Shown one piece after another: positions 6,245 to 11,668 of a stretch of 11,668 nucleotides of DNA (its first letter is position 1; each line of letters begins with the position of its first letter). This DNA comes from Candidatus Micrarchaeia archaeon (GTDB taxonomy: Archaea > Micrarchaeota > Micrarchaeia > CAILAH01): NCBI GenBank assembly GCA_049970015.1, contig JBMFNT010000023.1:1-11668 (forward strand), given 5' to 3'. A program made the translations under genes and the position numbers. Below the pieces are notes generated by a model. It saw nothing but the letters and a program-made list of their open reading frames with translations, ran no database searches and was not told where the DNA came from.

Positions 6245-8524
6245 CTACTGCCCATTTTTCTTTATATTGTTTCCTTTCTCTTGCTTACCTACTCCTTTTT
6301 CACCGGCCTCCATCTCCTCTCTACTTATTTCTTCAAGACCTTTACCTGCTGCAAGCTCCTCTTCAATCTTTCTTGCCTTCTCTCTAAGCTCTTTTTCTCT
6401 TTCTTTTCTTTCCGCCCGCGCCCTATAATTGTATGCATCCAGAAGGATACCTGAGAATAAACCTAAAATAGGTAGTGTTAATGCTGAGATTATAATCGGC
6501 AGGAAGCCAGATATAAGCCTCTGGTATGCCTTGTCTGGAAGAAGGGCTGCAATAACAGAGGTTAGTAACACAAATACCCATACAAAATCACACATAATTG
6601 TAGGAATGCCCTCAAAATAGAACCCTTCACACCCTGATTTAAGTATGCCTTTAAGCCCAAGGCTCTCAGCAAATGCCTCTACCACAGTCCCACTGGGCTT
6701 TTCGGGCTTTATTACCTCATATGTTGGCTCTGGAGGCCTCTCTGGTATCTCAATTATCTCCTTGTATGGACTACAGTTTGCCTTTGATAAGGTTAGAGTA
6801 TAATTGTTGGGTTTTTCAACATATACTTCAGCCTGGCCACGCTCATCGGTATAAAATACGTAATCACCTATCTTAACCTCAACATCAGATATGCAATCAC
6901 TACTCGGTGAAGAAACCATAAGTATAAACTTCTCTTTGGAGTACATCTCCTTCGGATATATTGGGTAGATTGGAGGATGGCTTGCCCTTATACTCCCCTC
7001 AAATGTCTCGTGATCTTTCTTTTCAACAGTGAACTTATACACCCCTTCCTCATAAAACACAAGGTCATTTACCATACCTTCATCATCAGTAAAATATTTC
7101 TTGTCTTCAAACATAATACGCGCATTCTCAACAGGCTTACCCAAAGAGCGGACTTCAATATCGAACTTATCGCGCGTATATACTTTAGATGGATAATCAA
7201 CATCGAGAGGGTAGAGGTAAACGTTGAAGCCCGCAGTTCCATCATTATAATACTGTTTCTTCCCAACAACCGAGTATCTTCCTGGGTTTGAGAAATATGA
7301 TGATGAAAATGTACACTTGCCACTCGTACCTGTATTGCATGTTGTGGACTTTCTTCCAGTATATGAGTATAACTCAACTTCAACCCCCTGCAATGGGTTT
7401 CCAGTATCATGATCCTTTACAGAGACTTCGATCGGGTTGTTTACATATATATACTCCTCTGTTGAGATTATCATAGAGCGTTTCCAAAGCATAAAGTACT
7501 CCTTTTCAGAATCATCATATCCACTCTTTTTTGCAATTCCGTAGTAATTGCCCGTAGCGTCAAGAATTACTGCACACCTGCCATCGGAATCTGTATCACA
7601 TGTATCGACTACTGTTTCATAACCATCTGCGATTTTGTACACACGCACTTCCGCATCTCTTACCTTATCATCGTTCTCATCAACTACTGTAAATTGCACA
7701 GAGTCCCCAACATACCCGCTCAACTCCACTGAAAGGTACAGTGAATGTCTCTCTTTCTCCTCACCGCCAACCAAGACACACCTCCCTCCCATGCACCTGT
7801 AATTGTCAGGACAGTCTGCATCGGTTGTGCACTCCTGTGAAGGAACACTAACACCTGCTGTAAGATTGTTTACTTTGACCATAGAGTAGTTTGTTAAAGG
7901 AAATACTGCATCTGTCAACCTGTCAACAAGCGTGCTGTTTATGAACCCGCTGCTGTTCCATAGTGAAACTATTAGGTACGGCTTGTTTGTAGTTATTTCA
8001 TTAGTACCAGAGTAGTATATTTTATCCAAATGTATTTTTGTGTTTGTTGAGTTCGAAACATCTGTATACCTATATTCCCCAGATAGCAGCCCTTTCTGTT
8101 CCTCCAAATCATAGAAAACTGGGTTTGTCATAGATTGAGAAGATGAAAAGCCAACTGAAACTACACCTGGGTAATATGCCCTGTACACACTCGTGTCAAC
8201 ATCAACAACTGTACAATTGGAAGAGTTGACCGACGTTATGTTGGCCGGCATAAGAGAAATGCTTATGTTTATAGTACCTGAACGATAGTATAATGCAGTA
8301 AAATTACCCAGCAAATCCTCTGCACTATCTGCGCACAGTTCAATATATATGTTAGGATTGGCAACTGAACTATCTTTATAGCTTGAGCTTGCCGTATCAT
8401 AGTACAATGTTGCAGTGGAACCGTTCAAATAGACAAGCCTACCGCTTGTTATTGCTGCACTCGAAAAAGAGGCTACAAACAATACTGCAAGCACAAGCCA
8501 TCTTACATTCATTTTACCAACCAT
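6245..8524 (-). CDS. Membrane-anchored cell-surface glycoprotein: signal peptide, unknown N-domain, Cys-rich module, 4 tandem carboxypeptidase-regulatory/prealbumin-like beta-sandwiches, C-terminal TM helices, charged tail
   Basis: 759 aa. Signal peptide ends near FSSA. CTTDADCPDNYRCMGGRC module. Four recurrences of (P)VxxAxV...TDxxG...GxY...xK. Hydrophobic segments FVWVFVLLTSVIAALL and LISGFLPIIISALTLPILGLFSGILL, then an E/K/R-rich tail. ATG 8512 is an alternative start. Confidence 0.85.
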   Translation of the reverse strand: MVGKMNVRWLVLAVLFVASFSSAAITSGRLVYLNGSTATLYYDTASSSYKDSSVANPNIYIELCADSAEDLLGNFTALYYRSGTINISISLMPANITSVNSSNCTVVDVDTSVYRAYYPGVVSVGFSSSQSMTNPVFYDLEEQKGLLSGEYRYTDVSNSTNTKIHLDKIYYSGTNEITTNKPYLIVSLWNSSGFINSTLVDRLTDAVFPLTNYSMVKVNNLTAGVSVPSQECTTDADCPDNYRCMGGRCVLVGGEEKERHSLYLSVELSGYVGDSVQFTVVDENDDKVRDAEVRVYKIADGYETVVDTCDTDSDGRCAVILDATGNYYGIAKKSGYDDSEKEYFMLWKRSMIISTEEYIYVNNPIEVSVKDHDTGNPLQGVEVELYSYTGRKSTTCNTGTSGKCTFSSSYFSNPGRYSVVGKKQYYNDGTAGFNVYLYPLDVDYPSKVYTRDKFDIEVRSLGKPVENARIMFEDKKYFTDDEGMVNDLVFYEEGVYKFTVEKKDHETFEGSIRASHPPIYPIYPKEMYSKEKFILMVSSPSSDCISDVEVKIGDYVFYTDERGQAEVYVEKPNNYTLTLSKANCSPYKEIIEIPERPPEPTYEVIKPEKPSGTVVEAFAESLGLKGILKSGCEGFYFEGIPTIMCDFVWVFVLLTSVIAALLPDKAYQRLISGFLPIIISALTLPILGLFSGILLDAYNYRARAERKEREKELREKARKIEEELAAGKGLEEISREEMEAGEKGVGKQEKGNNIKKNGQ

Positions 8525-8542
8525 CCAAACACCATAACCACT

Positions 8543-10240
8543 TCACTCCACCAGCCATTTAGAGAGTGTTGAGAATATGCTGTACATAAACTCACTCATC
8601 AGCTGAACATATTCAGTATGGTGGTCCGCATAGACTGTCCCCTGCTCATTAGGCTCTGGTGTCCTTGCAGTCATGTTTTGTAGGATTATCTCAAACCTGT
8701 CTATCAAATCCGTGCCATTTGTCTGCTGTAGCTCTTCGAGCGTGGTTGAGTTGTATACTTCTATATAAAGGGAATAATTGCCAACGTACTGGTCTATATT
8801 AGTGTATCCATATTCAGGAGTGTAAAGCCTGTTTCCTGTGGGAATTATTGTGAAATCAGTCATACCGCTTGCGTTCGTAGTGCTTTCACCATATGCAACA
8901 GGTTTCAGGCCTCTGTTTGGTGATGAAGATATCTTCTGAACTGGTGCAAAAAGGTTTATTCCATTGATCTCATATATGCGCACGGTTATGTTTTGAGCTG
9001 GATTTCCATCTGTATCTGTTATATTTAGTGTGATGTTATACGGCCTGCCTGCATCTGGAAATACATTTGTCTCTGTATCATTAACAAACATCCTAACCAA
9101 ATAACTTGGGTTTAATGTTAGTATTGCTTGGCTCTGGTTATTTGTAGTATCACAGTCGGCAATGGTTGTTTGCGCTATGCGCGCAGCTACTGTATGAGAT
9201 CCTGAGCTGTAAGAGCCTGTTGAAAGGTTGAAAGAACGGGTTGTTGTAGTATACTTTGAAAGGCCTCCTGAAACTGTAAGATTCTGTACATCATTGCCAT
9301 CAACTGAAACAGTAACATTGAATGTCTGTGTTATGTCCACATTACCATCATTCCGTATAGAAACTGTAACATTAACCTTGCCGCCAGCATTCTGCACTGA
9401 TGGATTTAGTGAAACTGAGGTCACTGATGGGTCTGGACCAATACAAAATGATGTGCCCATACCGTTTATCACGTAATACTTTGTATATTTACTAGTATCT
9501 GGCGGAGAGACCACACCAGTGTGTATTGAATAACTAGTTCCCCTGCTTGCCCCTGAGTATCCCCCAGAACATTGCCAGTAATACAAAACAGAGTTGTTTG
9601 GATCACAAACACCTAGCTGGAAGTATGGTAAGTTAACATCATTAGATGTATATGCAGACCCTGTCCAGCTCATCACCCCAGTAACCTGCAATGTAACATT
9701 ACCGGTTGCAGCATTGTATGTACTCTCAACTGTATTTGTTGTATAATACCCCCTCAGATGGCTTCTTTCCGGGATATAAACAAATGTATCACTCTCATCA
9801 AAAGTTGTATCATCAGAAACGAGAGCATACACATAAGAAGGATATACTGCCCAGTTGGAGTTAAAGTTAAAGTTGGCTGCTCCTTTACAACATGTGCCCG
9901 CACAGGTGGTTAGTTGTGTATACTCAACGCTGGGCTCGCTTGCAATATTTTGGAAGCCCGTTATGTTACCTGTCCTGTAAACAAACTTCACATATTTATT
10001 CTCTACATCTGCAAGAGTATCACCGCATACCTGAACAGTAACATCTGGGTTGCCAGCAGCACCATCTATGTATGCTTTTGCAGAAGTGTCCCAGCTCATG
10101 TTTGAGAACGCATTTGTAGTGTACACAATTATGGATGCGTTTGTTATGGCCGCATATGGTAAGGAACTTACAGCAAGCAATGCAAACAATATTATACAAA
10201 TGGCCTTCATCCCACCTTCCATACCTATCATCTTAATCAT
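8543..10240 (-). CDS. Secreted surface glycoprotein: unknown N-domain, CARDB-type Ig domain, unknown C-domain
   Basis: 565 aa. Signal peptide MKAICIILFALLAVSSLPYA (true start may be 10231 or 10210). CARDB-like PDPSVTSVSLNPS...VTVSIRNDGN...GSHTVAA...DTTNN at about 9115-9436. Many N-x-S/T sequons and no TM anchor. Confidence 0.85.
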   Translation of the reverse strand: MIKMIGMEGGMKAICIILFALLAVSSLPYAAITNASIIVYTTNAFSNMSWDTSAKAYIDGAAGNPDVTVQVCGDTLADVENKYVKFVYRTGNITGFQNIASEPSVEYTQLTTCAGTCCKGAANFNFNSNWAVYPSYVYALVSDDTTFDESDTFVYIPERSHLRGYYTTNTVESTYNAATGNVTLQVTGVMSWTGSAYTSNDVNLPYFQLGVCDPNNSVLYYWQCSGGYSGASRGTSYSIHTGVVSPPDTSKYTKYYVINGMGTSFCIGPDPSVTSVSLNPSVQNAGGKVNVTVSIRNDGNVDITQTFNVTVSVDGNDVQNLTVSGGLSKYTTTTRSFNLSTGSYSSGSHTVAARIAQTTIADCDTTNNQSQAILTLNPSYLVRMFVNDTETNVFPDAGRPYNITLNITDTDGNPAQNITVRIYEINGINLFAPVQKISSSPNRGLKPVAYGESTTNASGMTDFTIIPTGNRLYTPEYGYTNIDQYVGNYSLYIEVYNSTTLEELQQTNGTDLIDRFEIILQNMTARTPEPNEQGTVYADHHTEYVQLMSEFMYSIFSTLSKWLVE

Positions 10241-10265
10241 TTAACACACCTTTTTATATAAGCAT

Positions 10266-11668
10266 TCAATTCAACAACCATGCCTTTATCCTATCATACA
10301 CTATGAACACCTTATCCTTGAAATAATTGATGTTTGATTCGCTGAATATGTCTTCTGCACTGCCAGATGCCTGGTAGCTCAGCGTCCTCTCCGTAACATT
10401 CAGGCCAACATTGGCGACATTTGAGTTGTTTACATACACCAGTAGTGAAGCATTGTATGGGCCTAGCACCGATTCATCAACACCCTCTCCTCCAGTAATT
10501 ACCAATGTTATGTATGCTGTGCCATCAGCACTTGTGTTGGTATAACCAACTGCATAGTTAGAAACATTACTGTCCAATACCTGAGGCAATGCGAATGGAG
10601 GTATACCGTTCCTCTCAACCACATAAACTGTTGCACCATCAACAGGCAGTCCAGTAGTATGGTTAAGAACTGTTATGTTCAGACCGTAAGGCTTACCGGC
10701 TATGAAAGGTAATGTATTGTTTATGACAGTACCATTTGTGTAAACTGTTATATTACGCTTCTGCCCGCCACCGAGCAGTATCCATTCCTTTATGCGTGCG
10801 TACACTCTAAACACGGAATCCTTGAAATAGTTTATGTTGATCCTGCTGCTGACTTCGGCCGGAGTACCATCATCATAAGGTAAGTTCTTATAGGTTATGT
10901 TGAGTGTTTTGTTTGCCATGCGTATCTCTCCATTGTATGCTGTAACAATTACTGTATAGTTCCCGATCTTGGCCTCATCTATACCTTCACCACCAGTGGC
11001 GATTATTGTAAGTGATATGTTCCCGTTTGCATTAGTGGTTGTATTCGCATAAACATAGTTGCTCACATTATCATCAATAAACTGTGGCAGTGTAAATGGA
11101 GAGTAACCGTTGTATTCATATATGCGCACGTTTGCGTAAGGCACGGCCGTACCATTTGGATATGACACATGAACTGTAAGGTTGTACGGCTCACCAGAGT
11201 AATTGAGTACATCCGTCTGAACGCCATTAACCCATGTGGTTATGTTCCATTCGCCTTCCTGCACAGCATACCCTGAGAATGAATCAACACCAAATGTGAA
11301 AAGGTCTGAAGCAGTACATTCCCTGCTAAGTGTTGAGTACGGACTTCCGGTCAAAACCTCACTCCTGCTCTGCGGGAATCCTGTCTTCTTGTAAACAGTG
11401 AACTGATTTGGGTCTGTGCATGAGCTTACGGATAATGTTATGTTTGCAGATCTGTTGAATGTTGGAGATAATAAATCATTAAGGGATACAAAATCTGGTC
11501 TGAGCAATACTGTCCTGTTGTTTGATAACGTATCATTTGTACCTAAAATGGATATGTAATTTATTGTACCTGTGGTCTCATTATATCCAATTGTGAGGTT
11601 GGTTATGCTTGCGCTTGCATTTGGTAATGCTAAATAGGTTGTCGTGTTTGAGTCATATATGGATATGT
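10266..11668 (-). CDS. Large surface glycoprotein, 5'-truncated by the window, ending in two tandem domains of about 165 aa
   Basis: The frame stays open from TTG 11507 to the window end (...ISIYDSNTTTYLALPNASASITNLTIGYNETTGTINYISILGTNDTLSNNRTV), so the ORF-track start is not the real one. Very rich in sequons. FGVDSFSGYAV precedes the tandem domains. Confidence 0.88.
   Translation of the reverse strand, partial: ISIYDSNTTTYLALPNASASITNLTIGYNETTGTINYISILGTNDTLSNNRTVLLRPDFVSLNDLLSPTFNRSANITLSVSSCTDPNQFTVYKKTGFPQSRSEVLTGSPYSTLSRECTASDLFTFGVDSFSGYAVQEGEWNITTWVNGVQTDVLNYSGEPYNLTVHVSYPNGTAVPYANVRIYEYNGYSPFTLPQFIDDNVSNYVYANTTTNANGNISLTIIATGGEGIDEAKIGNYTVIVTAYNGEIRMANKTLNITYKNLPYDDGTPAEVSSRININYFKDSVFRVYARIKEWILLGGGQKRNITVYTNGTVINNTLPFIAGKPYGLNITVLNHTTGLPVDGATVYVVERNGIPPFALPQVLDSNVSNYAVGYTNTSADGTAYITLVITGGEGVDESVLGPYNASLLVYVNNSNVANVGLNVTERTLSYQASGSAEDIFSESNINYFKDKVFIVYDRIKAWLLN
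10269..11249 (-). repeat. Protein-level tandem duplication (2 x about 165 aa)
   Basis: Copies at about 11249-10770 and 10757-10269 share GxPY, ExNGxxPFxLPQxxDxNVSNY, TGGEGxDExxxGxY and NINYFKDxVFxVYxRIKxW. Confidence 0.92.

Noticed and set aside
4504..7476. ORFs 4504..4785, 5204..5389, 6189..6428, 6429..6620, 6673..6876, 6977..7291, 7069..7410, 7288..7476
   Set aside because: Shadow or out-of-frame ORFs overlapping stronger genes. The S/F/L-rich 6189..6428 is the antisense of an E/K/R-rich tail.
9228..10244. ORFs 9228..9476, 9914..10105, 10050..10244 (+)
   Set aside because: Antisense to the 565-aa surface protein gene, with no independent evidence.
10269..11249. Diversity-generating retroelement TR/VR pair
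   Set aside because: The two copies are similar mainly at protein level, both lie in the same ORF, and no reverse transcriptase is present.
11505..11507. TTG start of the last ORF
   Set aside because: The frame is open to the window edge and no signal peptide follows this codon.

Overview
Compact archaeal locus, probably from a DPANN/Micrarchaeota-type genome. This is inferred from a tRNA-splicing endonuclease subunit, a group 3b-like [NiFe] hydrogenase, TATA-box promoters, GGTGA-type RBSs and sequon-rich surface proteins. Left to right: an imperfect 66-67 bp tandem array (at least 6 units, cut by the window edge) that includes the 3' end of a DUF3566-like membrane gene; a lipoprotein with a ligand-less cupredoxin domain; a HAD hydrolase; a stand-alone two-gene [NiFe] hydrogenase with a short, atypical small subunit; a probably non-catalytic tRNA endonuclease subunit; a HIT protein; an EndoIII-related HhH-GPD glycosylase; a 2-TM hypothetical protein; and three co-oriented surface glycoprotein genes. 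The most striking feature is that these three proteins are chained by shared domains that I do not recognise. The membrane-anchored protein shares its N-terminal domain with the middle protein, and the middle protein shares its C-terminal domain with two tandem copies in the third. This suggests a modular anchor-adaptor-distal surface assembly. All calls come from reading the sequence by eye; no searches were run.
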